This document shows, one piece after another, positions 27,240 through 41,050 of a DNA stretch of 64,000 nucleotides. The notes below the pieces were generated by a model. It was given only the letters and a program-made list of their open reading frames with translations. It was not told the DNA's origin and did no database searches. The translations under genes and the position numbers were made by a program. Position 1 is the first letter of the stretch, and each line of letters starts with the position of its first letter. The stretch comes from Eledone cirrhosa (lineage: Eukaryota). The stretch spans positions 221,526,001 through 221,590,000 of the forward strand of contig OZ024742.1 of the NCBI GenBank assembly GCA_964016885.1, in the 5' to 3' direction.

Positions 27240-27560
27240 ACATATTATTATTATCATTATTATTATCGCTCTGTCACGCAGTGCAGATGGATAATGCACC
27301 GGGGTATTTAGTCATCTGTCAAATCTCAACAAGGACCTCAGATAAATAATACTTTCCTCAAAATGTGCGCAGTACCTAGTGAAGCCCCCTTTTGTATGAC
27401 ATCTAATCTGTATGATATTTCCAGTCACTTTAAGAAGTCTTGAAGTTTCAATGGGATTTACTCCGATCACAATAGGTATCATTATCACATTACCCTCTTG
27501 CCAGCTCCACTTTCAATTCAGAGGACTAGGTGACTTTTTCAGTCCCCTTACTCGAATGCC
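27240..27560 (-). mobile_element. R4/Dong-like RLE non-LTR retrotransposon 3' end
   Basis: Minus strand reads IPIVIG...IQKGASLGTAHILRKVL, followed by an (ATA)n-type tail. Confidence 0.75.
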
Positions 27561-27589
27561 TAAAGTATAAACAATTATTATTATTATTG

Positions 27590-28030
27590 GTTGTCAGTAG
27601 GGCAGTGGATTGGCAGTATCGGTAGAGGGTCGGACGCCATGCTTTGCAGTATAGAATTACGGCCCTTTATGATCTGAGTTCAAATCCCGCCGAGGTTAAC
27701 TTTGCCTTTCATCCTTACGGGGTCGATAAAATAAAGTACCAGTCACGCACTGAATCGATTTAATCGACTCTCCCCTCCCCCAAAATTGCTGGCCTTGTGC
27801 CTATATAAGAAACCATTATTATTGGTTGTCAGTAAGGCAGTGGATTGGCAGTATCGGTAGAGGGTCGGACGCCATTCTTTGCAGCATAGAGTTACGGCCC
27901 TTTATGATCTGAGTTCAAATCCCGCCGAGGTTAACTTTCATCCTAACGGGATCGATAAAGTAAAGCACTGGTAATGCACTGGCGTAATTGCTGTCCTTTT
28001 GCTAAAAGTAGAAACTTTTTATTGGTTGTC
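27590..28030 (+). mobile_element. Two head-to-tail tRNA-derived SINE copies
   Basis: A box-like tggcagtatcgg, B box gagttcaaatcc and the core cctttcatcc...ggtcgataaa, repeated twice. Confidence 0.85.
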
Positions 28031-28232
28031 GGACTGGGAAGACGTGTTTTTGTGAGCTGTGTGAGTTGGATATTTTTTAAGTTTTGCATTGAAATAATTG
28101 TATTTTTTGTGACAAAGGAGTAATAAGACACCCATATTTTCCCTGCGTAACGGCGACCCCATAATATTTGGGCATTTGGGCCCAAATATTTGAACTTTAT
28201 TTCTTTTGACACACACACACCCCCTCCACACA

Positions 28233-28271
<39 letters not shown>

Positions 28272-29229
28272 CGAGCCACACCACCCAACTTTAAGTCTGC
28301 CGTCTCAGGATAGCGATTTGAAAGTTGAAAGGAGGGACACAACAAGCACAATTATGGACACAGAGAAATTACAAACGCAACATGCAAAATGAAATTAGCA
28401 ACACTACCACAAACAACATGAATAAGGACAGCAACAACAGCAACAATGAAACAAGTAAAGAAAACAACAACAACAACAACAACTCCAAGAGCAACAACGT
28501 AATTAAAAACAACAACACCAACTGCAACAGGGACAACAACACCAGCACCGGCAACACCACCAGCGCAAACACCACCACCAACTTGGGTCAGCCAGGTGGA
28601 AAACGAGAAAAGCTATCCCATTCCCCCTCCCACCAAAAAATGCAAACATTGACACACACACACAAACACAGACACACAGACTTTCAGTAGCGAAGACGAG
28701 GCAAAACATAAAGCCAAAAAACAATCAAAAAGAAGGCACATAAAAAATCCACACATCACACACATACCCACAACAGAAAATGCAGACACCACACACACAC
28801 ACTACAAACACTCCCACAACAACAGCAACACCATCACCACTACCTCCACAATCTCCCAAACGCAAATAACCACAACCAACACTAGAACAAAACAAAACAC
28901 ACAACTTCGTTCTATTAAGATGGGCCAACAAGGATTTGATGGCCTTCATAGCACGTAGGCAAGACATAGAAAAGGAGGGGGAAATATTCGGCACCAGCAC
29001 ATTTCGTGTACCTGAGGATATAACGATGGTACGTATGTCACTCGGTGCATACAAAGAAATTAGGAAGAACTTTCCCCGGGAAGTGGGAACTCCGAATATG
29101 AAGCTCACTTCACGACTTTTAAAAGGCTTCCCAAAGGAAACCTTACCAACAATGCAGGTCGAACCACCCAACCTCCACAAGCAATTAGGAAGTAAGTAAA
29201 CTTTCCTTCTCTCTCTTTAGTCTGCCAAC

Positions 29230-32200
29230 ATGGCCATCCTAAGAATGTTGTTTAAATGTTCGTGGCCTTGGGTCGTCCTGGAAGCAGGGTCGCCTGCTGA
29301 ACGACCTCAGGTCACTAAAAATGGATCTGATTGCCCTCAGTGAGACCAGAATTTCCGACACTCTCACACTAGCCCCAATTTTCGATGACTATCAGATCTT
29401 CGCATCTCTTAGTCGGCTGGGAATGGGAGGTGGGATAGCAGTGCTGTTCAGGAGAGGCCTGAATCTCGAATTAAGCTTAATCTTCCGGGACTCGAACGGT
29501 AAGTTGGTGGTCCTGGACGTGAATAATAGTGAAGGTAGTGCATTTAGACAGGTGGCCGTCTACACCCCGACATGGGCTGGACGGCCGGACTTCTTTAGGC
29601 GCCTGGAATCCTTTCTGGGAACGTCTCACCTTTTACTGTTAGCGGGGGACTGGAACAGCATCTTAGGCACACGCTGGGGTTGTGTGGGAGTAGGTGATAG
29701 GAGTGTAGGGTCCATAAGCCTCGAGTACCTGATCAGCCAGTTCCAACTCTCACAGGTACAAATTTTGCTAATGCTGGACCAACCACATAGGGTCGCCTAG
29801 ATTTTATATAGATAGGTCAATAGATAAGGATAGTATAGGTTGTTCACACAAGTTTGTGATCTGTATGGTAGACCTAGATAAGACACGTAGGCTGGAAGCT
29901 GAACATGTCGTTTCTGGCACGTAAGGCTTACATGGACTGCGTCAACAATTTATTTAAGCAAAAGTCGACAGGGTGGGTCATCAACAATAGGTGGTGGTGG
30001 GCTCTCAAAAGTGATATTAGAGTAATTTCGATAGGTTTAAGCAAAGAAGTAGCGTTAGATAAAAATAGAAAGGAGGGGGAGCTAGTAGTTAAATTAGACG
30101 AGGCTATTTGTAGTAGTCTTGCAACTGATGTGCTAGCGGCGAGAATGGCAATAGACCAATTCTTCAATGCGAAACACGAAGGTTGCATTGTCAGAGTAGA
30201 GGCACGGCGTGGTAACAAAACCACGATTCAATCTTCGATGGACCGAGACGGACGTGAGCTGAACTATTCCTGGCAGATGTGTGAGGCCTTTCGCCATCAT
30301 TTTGCTTGACTGTTCGGTGGGGAGTAGGTATCGGAGACAGTGACGGACTTCAGTTCCTACCTCGACGGCCTACTGCGTATCTCACCAGCCGATGCTGAGC
30401 GCTGCGAAAGGCCGATAACTTGAGCCGAGATTCGGCATGTCCTTGTCGACTGCACGAGACACAAATCACCCGGTTTGGATGGTGTGCCCCACGAGCTTTA
30501 CATAGATATGCCAGACTTGTTCTCTGATTCCCTCGAAGCGCTCTGCTGCAATTGGCAGCAGAGCGGGAGTAGTTCCAGTTCTGTGAGCCGGGACGTAGTG
30601 ACGCTGATGAGGAACGACGAGAACAAGAGGAATACATTCGACAACTTCAGGCCCATACCTCTGCTCAAGTTTAAGATTTTGACCAAGGTGTTAGCGAAGA
30701 GGTTAGCGCTTGTCATTGAGGATTTGGTAAGGGAGGCACAAACTTGCGTAATCTCGACCAGGTCCATGCACGACAACCCTCACCTCATGCGATACATCAT
30801 AGAGAGATTAGAGTGTAAACCTGGCTTCGGTGGGGCTCTGATCAATTTAGATCAATTGACAACTTTCAATAGGGTCGATCATCGATACCTGGAGGCTGTC
30901 CTCAAGGCAGCTGGCTTCGGTCACGTCTCCAGAGGCTGGATCGCTACAATGCACAGTGGCATCTGCTCGGTGGTTAAAACTAATGGCCGTCTTTCGGAAC
31001 CGTTTCAGATCACCCGATCGGAACTTTTACTGCGGAAGTTGAAGCTGTTTCAAGGCATTCCGCTCGAACTGAGACGCAGAAAGGCTGTGTCGACATATGA
31101 TGGTGTTGTACACCTCGGAAATCATGGTGGTTGGCACCTTCTTGGAGGGACATGAAAGGTTGACGACAGCAAAACTAAACCCAAAAAAGTCGGTGGGTTT
31201 GCAGCTCGGCACCTGGAGAGGCAAGTCGATGCCGTCCAACAGCGTTGTCGGAAGCTGGACGGAGGGACCGGTAAATTTGCTCGGGATTTGGTTCGGACCA
31301 GACCCCCAGGTGGATAAGAATTGGGATGAGGTTATGAACAGGGTAGCCACTCTCAACCAGAAATGGGCAGAGAGGAAGCTCTCCCTGAAAGGTCCGGCAG
31401 AGGTGGCGAACGTGTACATCGCATCCGACATCTACTACCGCCTAACAGTCGTACCTTGCTGCCGTTCGCTCCTCGACAAATTTAAACGGCTACTCCTTAA
31501 CTTCTTGTGGAGAGGACAGGTTCCGTTGGTGAAGCGGTCCATCTGTTGCTAGCACCTTCTACGTGGAGGGCTGGGCATGCCGTGGCTAATGATGCGCAAC
31601 CATGCGCTGAGGCTGCGGCATCTCCAAATATTCTGCCTAAATAGTGAACAGGTGTGGTCACCGTTTGTGAGACAGGCCTTTCCGCAGTTCGTCTCTTTCA
31701 CTGAGCTGCAGGCCTGGGTCAAGAAGTGACAATGACTTTTCTCTACCAGGCGGGTAATGGGGTCGTTGGAACTTCTACTCAAGAGTTCTTTAGAGGATTA
31801 GAGGTGGGCAAGTGCGACGACGCACTCGGAGAGGCTCTGGGCGTCGACGAAGTCGAACTGACCAGTCTGTTCCGGAGGACTTTCGAGCCGGGACTATGGA
31901 TAACTTCCAGAAATCCCTCGCTTGACAGTGCTACCGGGGGGGGGGGGGCACTGCCGGTTCGAGATGAACTCTACAGACACGGAAGTGCTGTCATACAGAC
32001 TGAGAAGCGTGTATTCCGACGAAACCGTCCAGTGTTCGTGTATTACTGACTTGTGGAGTTATGTCGAACTGTTATTTTCGAGTTTAGAACGATCCGAAAA
32101 TCGACAGAGTCTATAGTGAATATCTCCCCGCCGCCTTCTTATGGCTGGTAAGGGCAGGACATTTTCCTCTGTCAGGTGGCGGTAGCGAAAGAGGGTGTTT

Positions 32201-32630
32201 GGTGGACCAGGTTGAAAGGACCTGAAGACAGACACGTTTCACTTCGGCCAATCCCTCATCGACTTTTTCAAGTTTCACTTGGAAAAGAAGGTGAGGGCGG
32301 AGAGAGAAGTGCTTCCTCCCAGTACATTTGCTAAAAGGTGAGTGAATGTTGCAAGAATGGCCGTGTGAATGGGCCTAATCTGAGCATGCACCGGTGGGCT
32401 GGTTGATTTAAGAAGGAGAGGCGCGTCTTCCTCCGGTGCTCTGCAAGCATCGGGTGGTTTAGGATTTGTGGGGTTTCTGAGTCGCCACTGGGTGGTCCTC
32501 CCACCTATTAGAGAATATTCGTTGTTGTAATTCTTTTGTTTATTGTTATTTGTGTGTTAATTTCTTTCTACTATATTTCTGTGTAAACCCCACTGTCCCT
32601 GTCTATTGTATTGTCCCCTTTTTGTTGGCT
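29230..32630 (+). mobile_element. Decayed L1/Tx1-clade LINE ORF2 (APE + RT + C-terminal zinc region) and 3' UTR; 28030-29200 may be ORF1 remnant
   Basis: NVRGL, LSETR, AGDWN; KSPGLDG, NFRPIPLL, KILTKVLAKRL, FNRVDH, LGIWFG, GGLGMP, ALPVRD. Many stops and frameshifts. Confidence 0.9.
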
Positions 32631-32644
32631 CTTTAGTAATTATT

Positions 32645-32980
32645 ATTATCAGTGGATTGGCAGTATTGACAGAGCGTCGGACAACAGGCTTAGCGGCATA
32701 CAGTTACGCCCCTTTACGCTCTGAGTTGAAATCCCGCCGGGATTTCAACAACTTGTTGGCCTTGTGCCTAAATCAGAAACCATTATTATTATACAAGCTG
32801 GATTGGCAGTATTGGTAGAGGGTCGGACGCCATGCTTTCACGCATAGAGTTACGCCCCTTTACGGTCTGAGTTCAAATCCCGCGGAGGTTAACTTTGCCT
32901 TCATCCTTACGGGGTCGATAAAATAAAGTACCAGTAATGCACTGAGTAATTGCAGGCCTTGTGCCTAAAGTAGAAACAAT
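32645..32980 (+). mobile_element. Two tandem SINE copies (same family as 27590-28030)
   Basis: ggattggcagtatt...ctgagtt.aaatcccgc...ggccttgtgcctaaa occurs twice. Confidence 0.85.
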
Positions 32981-33301
32981 TGCCCAGAGATTTGGGCGAC
33001 TGGAGAGTGATAAGTATGGCTTAGGACGTAATCCTCTATTAGCTGATTATGAAAGATCATTTGCTGGGCTATAAATTTGAACATACCTTTTTAAAACCGA
33101 TATCATAATTCTTAAGTAAAGTGTCAGATATATAATGCAGAGGATGTAAGGGTGGTAGTGGCGCTTTTGCTGGTGTAGTGGTGAGGTTGAGGCTGGTGTT
33201 TGTAGCGGTGTGATGGTGGTGTGGTGGTTGTGGTAGTCGTGCAAATGATTGGGGTATATTACCCAATTGGTGTGGAGAATTTACGAAGATAATGTATAAA
33301 C

Positions 33302-33452
<151 letters not shown>

Positions 33453-33459
33453 AAAAAGT

Positions 33460-33519
33460 ATGAATCCGACGGCAGAGCTCAAGCCGTCGAAACGGCTTGA
33501 GCTCTGCCGTCGGGTTCAT
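33460..33519. repeat. GC-rich hairpin, 28-bp arms with 4-nt loop
   Basis: atgaatccgacggcagagctcaagccgt-cgaa-acggcttgagctctgccgtcgggttcat. Confidence 0.9.
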
Positions 33520-33635
33520 TTTTTCTCTATTTCTCACTCTACTACCCTAAGTACTGAGTACTCTGGCGTTATGGTCCATCTGGTTCCTTACCACATTTCC
33601 TTTGTTTTATATATATATGTATATATATGTATATG

Positions 33636-33717
<82 letters not shown>

Positions 33718-33889
33718 GATGGTTGTAGTGGAGATGGTAACGGTGACAAATGAGAACAATGCTTCTTTCTTTCTATTCTTTTCTTTTGTTAAAGTGACAC
33801 AAGAAAATATTAAAAACATTAAAACCATATGTGACAAGAAATTAAATACTTTCGTACAGATATTTAATCTTCATCAGAAAAATACTTAT

Positions 33890-34120
33890 TAAGGGTAGTG
33901 AATTGGCAGAATTAGTAGAGCGCCAGACAATAATCCATTGAAGTATCTTTACTGAGTCTTTACCTTCTGAGTTTAAATCGCACCTAGGTCAACGGGCCTT
34001 TATCCTTCTGGGATCGATACAATAAAGTCCTAATTTAAGGCGCTGCGTGGGCGAAATTGTTAGAGCGTTCGTGAAAATCATTTGCTCTCATTCATTACAT
34101 CCTGAGATCAAATCACGTCG
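33890..34120 (+). mobile_element. Diverged SINE copies
   Basis: ttggcagaattagtagagcg...ctgagtttaaatc...tatccttctgggatcgat; second partial head near 34040. Confidence 0.6.
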
Positions 34121-34289
34121 GTACTGGTAGTTACCTCCGTCGGTTTCGACGATGTTCCAGCTGTTTAATCAATGTGTAAGTGCCAAACTATTCTACAGAC
34201 ATATGTACCTTTTATCGTAGTTCTGATCTAGATACAGCGTGAAACAGTATGTGACATGACGGAGACTTTGAACTACTAGTACAGTCCAT

Positions 34290-34545
34290 CTTCTATTATA
34301 GTAAATGTGACTAAGCATTCCATAGACACGTGTACTTTTAACGTAATTCTTGAAGAGATCCAGTGTGATACAAGGTGTGATAAAGCTGGCCTTTTGAATT
34401 GTGGGTACAACTCGTTTTTGCCAATAGGATGGACTAGAATAATATGAAATAAAGTGTCTTGATCAAGAACGCAAATCACCGCCGGGGATTGAACTTACGA
34501 CTTCTCGTGAGCCGAACGTCCCTAACCACTAAGCCACACGTTTTC
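34290..34545 (-). mobile_element. Second tRNA-derived SINE family; diverged copy on + at about 41445-41645
   Basis: Minus strand gtggcttagtggttag (A box)...gttcaatcccc (B box). Body aattcaaaagg...tcacac...aattac.ttaa...ta.acgtgtct is shared with 41540-41620. Confidence 0.7.
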
Positions 34546-34559
34546 ACTGCCACGACCTC

Positions 34560-34938
34560 GGTAACAGTAAGCACCCAAAGAGGATAACCCTTTTTCCGTT
34601 CAAGGAGAATAAACTCCTAATCTGGAATGATATATTGCCACTCATTCTCCGGTGTGAACATCATCGTTACGGCCACGAACCTAGGCGCTATCAACCTTAA
34701 CGCAGAGGACTGGAAGATAACCAAATACCAGAATTTTGCCAACCGCTTCCTTTTTGTGCCATTTGTCCTCGGTGTCCTCGAATCGCAGACTGCCATTTTC
34801 TTCCGCAAAGCTGGGCGGAGTGCTTCTCGCATGAGAAAGAAGCTTCATGAGGTGGAATGCCTGATGCAGCGAGTATCGCTTGCCCTTTTCCGCGGAAATA
34901 TTTTAAAGATCTTGTTGGCGCAGCGCAGCTTAGATTGA
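34560..34938 (+). mobile_element. CRE-like RLE endonuclease C-terminal fragment
   Basis: AEDWKITKY...FLFVPF...LMQRVSLALFRGN, homologous to the end of the element at 62406-63095. Confidence 0.7.
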
Positions 34939-34960
34939 TCGCCCAGTCAAGGGTATAGAG

Positions 34961-35252
34961 CAGTCATGGGCAAGCTGCGGCCTGCGAATCTTTCTGAATG
35001 GCTCGCCTAAGTCACCTAAGTGAAATCTTTCTGATTTTTTTACCCAAACTTTTCAGTCGTAATTTATCGTTCTATCATTTTTACGATCGCGGAAAACAAC
35101 GTGTACGAATTCTGAAGAAACAAATCAAAACAACCTGAGTTACCCCCCTTTTTTTAAAATGTGGGCACGATTGTAAATTAGCATTTGCGGCCCGCCTGAT
35201 GATGAGCTATATCTCATGCGGCCCACTTTTCGAAAAAGGTTACTCATGCCTG
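34961..35252. mobile_element. hAT-type MITE with 8-bp target-site duplication
   Basis: Imperfect TIRs cagtcatgggcaa / ttactcatgcctg; identical GTATAGAG at 34953-34960 and 35253-35260. Confidence 0.85.
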
Positions 35253-35490
35253 GTATAGAGTTTGCCCCCTCGTTTCCTTCCACTTCACTTTTTTTCATTA
35301 TTTAATTTTTCTTTCTTCAGTAACTCTTCTCTAAAAGACATGATATTGAATCTGGTCTGATTGTGTACCTGATTCACCGTGCCTGAGAAAGTTCACGGTT
35401 CAGTAAATAGTTGGCTCAACTAAACTGTCAAAGCAGGTAACACATAGTGTTGTTCTGTGCGTGTGTCTACTAAGCAATTGTAATGAGTTA

Positions 35491-35553
<63 letters not shown>

Positions 35554-35611
35554 GTGAGGTTTTTTTTACAAAATGAAAAATAACCGAGGTGTCCTACACG
35601 AGTGAAAGTAT

Positions 35612-35904
35612 AAAGAAAAAAAGATGAAATCGAAAATGCAACTGGAGTCTTATTTTTGTTTAAATATATATATTTATTTGGTTCCTTTACCGGTTTCGCA
35701 GTTCTTCTGCTTTTCAAAAGTAGAGTTGAGATGAAGGGTCTGTGGTTTTTCTCACATCTGTGAGAAAAACCACAGACCCTCCATCTCAACTCTACTTTTG
35801 AAAAGCAGAAGAACTGCGAAACCAGTAAAGGAACCAAATAAATATATATATTTTTTTTTAAAATAAGACTCCAGTTGCATTTTCGATTTCATCTTTTTTT
35901 CTTT
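35612..35904. repeat. Fold-back palindrome (~145-bp arms), each arm with a variant hammerhead motif
   Basis: Centre at 35757-35758. ctt-TTGAAAA-gcag aagaa ctgc-GAAA-cc(g/a)g-TA-aag at 35795-35830(+) and 35685-35720(-). Confidence 0.85.
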
Positions 35905-35917
35905 CTATATATATATA

Positions 35918-36021
<104 letters not shown>

Positions 36022-36149
36022 GGGGGGGGGGGATGACCAATTCCTAAAACTGACACCAGCGTCACCCCAAACCTGGAAATAGAAGCCTTATACTGATAAA
36101 TATATATGTCACACCAAAATCAACATACTGATTGCGGATTTAGTACAGG

Positions 36150-36736
<587 letters not shown>

Positions 36737-37090
36737 AGTAAGTATGTTTTGAAACAGTGAGCGAGTTTGAAATTAGAAAATATATAGCTTTCACCGTATT
36801 TTTGACTAAAGGAATTTTAGCTTGATAACGGGGTTTAGAACCCTCAGATAAATGGAAAAAGATGAGTATTGATATATATGAGTATTGATATATATATGTG
36901 TGTATACATCCATTAAAGATATGCACGAGCCTACCAATATTCGTTATTATCATCTTATCACCTCAATGGCAGCGATTTCTCTTTGAGGACCTGTGAAGGC
37001 CCTGAGCAATGCTCCTCTCACTATTCCAGCATTATCGACTGCTACTTAAATATCTGTTAGGTGTTAACAGCGCAAGAGAAAGAAAAATAA

Positions 37091-37134
<44 letters not shown>

Positions 37135-37405
37135 TTTATTTTATCGACCCCGTAAGGATGAAAGGTAAAGTTAACCTCGGCGGGATTTGAACTCAGAATG
37201 GCAAGATATTAATAATTGTTTCTATTTTAGGCACAAGGCCAGTAATTATCCCAGTGCATTACTGGTACTTTATTTTATCGACCCCGTAAGGATGAAAGGC
37301 AAAGTTAACCTCGGCGGGATTTGAACTCAGATCATAAAGGGACGTAACTCTATGCTTCAAAGCATGATGTCCGACTCTCTACCGATACTGCCAATCCACC
37401 GCCCT
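37135..37405 (-). mobile_element. Two tandem SINE copies
   Basis: tttatcgaccccgtaaggatgaaagg...cctcggcgggatttgaactcaga occurs twice. Confidence 0.85.
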
Positions 37406-38126
37406 GATATTAATAATGATATTCGATTCGTTTGCAATTATGCAAACCATCTCTTAAGCCATGTCAGTTGAATGACCGCGCCATTCTTGCTCTCATATAA
37501 ACAGAACGACAAACACTAATGTTTCTGGGTTATTACCTTTCATCAGTACCGTATACCGTTTACCTGCCAGTCACTGTATATTCCAGTAAATTTCATATAT
37601 TTTCACTCGCTCTGACAGTTGGCCTGTTACTCGTTGATTTGTTTCTTAAAACCTAACTAATAATTGTTTGAGGAAACCACCGCATATTGGCGGAATCGTA
37701 AATATCTTCCGCGATTATTTAATGGCTCTTTTCGTGTCAACATATTTTTTTCACGCTTTTTAACATTAAATTATTAATAACAATATACCGTATTTGCCGG
37801 TCTTTATTTTACCTTATGTTTTGACATTTATATGCATTTTTATAGACCACGTTCAATATTCGCGATTTTTCACTGTGTTTAACTGTCAGTGTTTAACTGT
37901 CCGTTGGACCTGCAACTGACAGGGAAAAGCCCTTGTCTTTATATACAGACCCAACATATAATTGATGAAAGTTTTGTATGTACACAATAAGATTTATTAC
38001 GCATCACTACAGAAGTTTTATTGTTCAACAGTTTACAAATAAGATTCACCCAGGTATTATAGCGATAATTTATGACAGCACTATTTTATACAATATACAT
38101 GAAATTTATAAATAATGTGACATATA

Positions 38127-38163
<37 letters not shown>

Positions 38164-38167
<4 letters not shown>

Positions 38168-38515
38168 AAAGGTAAACAGAAATAACAACACAATCGGTAC
38201 AGTACATGGTAGGAATATATTAGGTTAACGTTTGAAATAGCAGGAAGAGGGTCTTAACGTTTCGGACGCTAGTCCTTCATCAGAAGAAATAATCAGAAAT
38301 TAGAAAGATTGAAGGGACGGGTGGGAGTGGAATTGGAAAAAATGTTTTTAGAGGAAAATAACTGGTCCTTTCATGCTGCCATTTCTTGGAAAACTGTTGA
38401 TGCTGGCATTTTGTATATGATATATATATATATATTTTTTAGAAAAGTGGATGATGGAGCGCGTCTACCAGAAATGAAAAAAAAAAACGTTTTGTATAAA
38501 GAGCTATACTTGTGC
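38164..38515 (-). mobile_element. PLE pseudo-LTR-like repeat between (TA)n tracts (complete counterpart of 4295-4520)
   Basis: Homology to 4295-4520 plus an intact hammerhead motif. Confidence 0.8.
38252..38287 (-). ncRNA. Minimal hammerhead ribozyme motif
   Basis: Minus strand tctt-CTGATGA-a ggac tagc gtcc-GAAA-cg-TT-aaga: perfect stems I and II, palindromic AACGTT. Confidence 0.85.
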
Positions 38516-38539
38516 GCGTGCGTATATATATATATATAT

Positions 38540-38648
38540 AAGTGGTAACACAACAGTTACTTCACCACACCGAGAACAATTGTTTCACCTTAGCGGATCC
38601 TCAACTATTGTTCTCAGTATGGTGAACTAACTGTAGTGTTATCACTTC
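38540..38648. repeat. Imperfect inverted repeat (~40-bp arms), MITE-like or old fold-back
   Basis: aagtggtaacacaacagttacttcaccacaccgagaacaat versus attgttctcagtatggtgaactaactgtagtgttatcactt. Confidence 0.7.
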
Positions 38649-39562
38649 TACCTAATCGATCACCAATACTTTGTTATAACCAGTCAATTCATCAGAGCAT
38701 GCGAGAATGAAGGAAATACACAGGCATGGCTTCTATATATAGTAGTGGCATTAAATCAGAACAATAATAACAATACTCAAATAAATTAGCTAGACTGTAA
38801 ATAGTTAAAATAATCACAACATCAATCTAAGTAAGACATAGAGTATACTGATGACTTTAGCATGTAAAACGAGCTGATACGAAGCAGATGTATGAAATTG
38901 ACATGTAAAAGCTGTCATGGGGTATATTATATATAGTGTAGAGATAACCTGGGGCTTGAAACAATGGACCATTTACTTTACTGTAGGTTTGCTGACCGTA
39001 AGATTTATTTATTATCTGACAGATAAAATATTTTCATTGTAGTGAGGATGGTAATTTTTATGTGGTGTAAAGCGGATTCATTATTTAAGTGGTCTACATT
39101 AGATGAAGGGATTGTTAGTTCGAATCATGGGGTTGTTTAGCTTTCACAGCATCAATAACAAATCATGCATGGATAAGATAACAATAACAGCAATATAGGC
39201 GGTAAGTTAATACAGAGGTTAAGGAAGCAAGGTATATATATAGAGAGAACATGATGAATACTATTACGGATACATTGGGGTGTTCATTATAACAATAGAA
39301 GGAAGGTGATATTTCAAGGACTGTGGTAGTAGTCAAATAATGTACTTAGAATTAAGTTCATCTGTTGAAAATCAAGAGTGAGGAGGTTGTGTTGACAGCA
39401 GCCGAGAAGAGATATATTTATGGGTTGATAAGATATTTGCAGACATTACTGTGGTATAGAATTAAGGAGGCTAGAAGCTGCTTAAAGAATATTATAGTGC
39501 TGTGGTGGTCTGTGTGAGAGTGCGGATTTAATATGTTGAATGCTAAGTTATGTTGGTTCAAA

Positions 39563-39960
39563 TCACGGTGGCTTAAATCTTGCGAATTTAGTAGCGATCC
39601 TGTGTCTGCAGAAAATTGACCTTTCTATCTTGTTGTTGAGTAGCCTTTTATCGTTCCTAAGGATATACAGTAATTCAAGGTCGCAGATCCTACAATAGGA
39701 CATACCGGTACTATATGCCCTTGCGGCCGACAACCTCGACCAGTTGATATTGTAGTCGATGTTTTTGTCCTTAAGTTCCCAGATTTTTTTGGCGAGGATT
39801 GTAGAACCTATTAGTGCACGGTTCTTCATCGAATGTCTGTGCACATACCATCTTTTTTAAAAACGTACCCGCGGTGGATCCAATGTAATGCCAAGTGGAG
39901 TTGCCCGAGTTCACCGTACACATGTACACTAGGCTCGAACTAAGCGTTAATACCATCCAC
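39563..39960 (-). mobile_element. PLE GIY-YIG endonuclease fragment (Nematis-type)
   Basis: SLVYMC...HYIGST..TF, frameshift, HRHSM...STILAKKIWELK...INW...AY...CRICDLE...LLN...CRH. Confidence 0.8.
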
Positions 39961-40024
39961 TACTCGGAGTACCCTAACTGGACTACATCTAAGTGGACTA
40001 CCTATAACAATAATTTGTTATCCC

Positions 40025-40107
<83 letters not shown>

Positions 40108-40109
<2 letters not shown>

Positions 40110-41050
40110 TTTCTTTTTATTTGCCACCAGGGCATCAAAAGTGGGGCAAGTACAATGGGGGGAGTTTACATAAAAAGGCGTCCTCAATAAGGAGGAGGCA
40201 ATAACAAGATATAAAAATAAAATAAAATATAACAAAAATAAATTTAATAACAAAATCCTCAATAGGGAGGAGGCGCCTTGGGGGTCGCACACACCCCCGA
40301 AAAAAGTGTGCTCCTCAGGAGCACAGAGAGGGGGTGCTCCCTTGATCTTTCATCTTCCTCACCTATAGTCTGATGTAGAGTGAAGGCCCATTCACACGGG
40401 CCATTCTCGCCACTTTCACCCATCTTTCCTAAAAACGGCTGGGGTGCAGCACCTCTCTCTCCATCCTGATCCTTCTTCCGAAATGATATCAGAAGAAACG
40501 GACCAGTTGTTGGCCAGAGAGAAAGGTGTCTGACCTCAGTCCTTTCAGACGCGTCCACCATACAACCTCTTTCGCCATGGCTATTACGCACAGAAACACC
40601 GCCTCTCCTTCGTTTTTGAAGAGGGGAGGCAGCTTGATCGTTACAATAGACTCGGTGGTCAACCGGATCGGTCCCACCCTTGACAGCAGTTGTTCGACAT
40701 AGCCCCACAGATCGGCAATGCCCGAGCAGTGTACCAATGCGTGTGCAACGGTTTCCTCGTCGCACACACATCTGGGACAGATCTTTTTCGAGGGGTCCCT
40801 ACCCGGGCGCCCGTGTCTGTAGAGCCTTTCTCGAACGGGCAGAGCCCCTCGGTAGCACTGCCAGGCCAGGGACCTGTGGAAGTTATCCATGGGTCCCGGG
40901 CTGAATGTCCTACCGAACAGGTTGGCCAGTTCGTCTTCCTCCATGCCTAGGGCTTCTCCGAGGGCGTCGTCGCACCTGCTAACCACCAGCCCTCTATAGA
41001 ATGACGAGGTGGATTCTCCACTGACAGCCGGGTCCGCCTGCCAGAGAGCC
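40108..41050 (-). mobile_element. 5'-truncated L1/Tx1 LINE 3' portion
   Basis: CDDALGEALG...FGRTF.PG...GALPVRERLYRHG...CPRC...ETVAHALVHC...LW, homologous to 31780-32340. Ends aataaaaag next to (TC)n. Confidence 0.88.

Noticed and set aside
27600-27700. tRNA genes
   Set aside because: A and B boxes belong to SINE heads with a conserved downstream core; no cloverleaf.
28325-29199. Asn/Thr-rich ORFs as a host gene
   Set aside because: Low-complexity (AAC)n sequence directly upstream of Tx1 ORF2; more likely decayed ORF1.
35190-35225. CTGATGA motif
   Set aside because: Lies inside the hAT MITE with no properly placed GAAA or stems.
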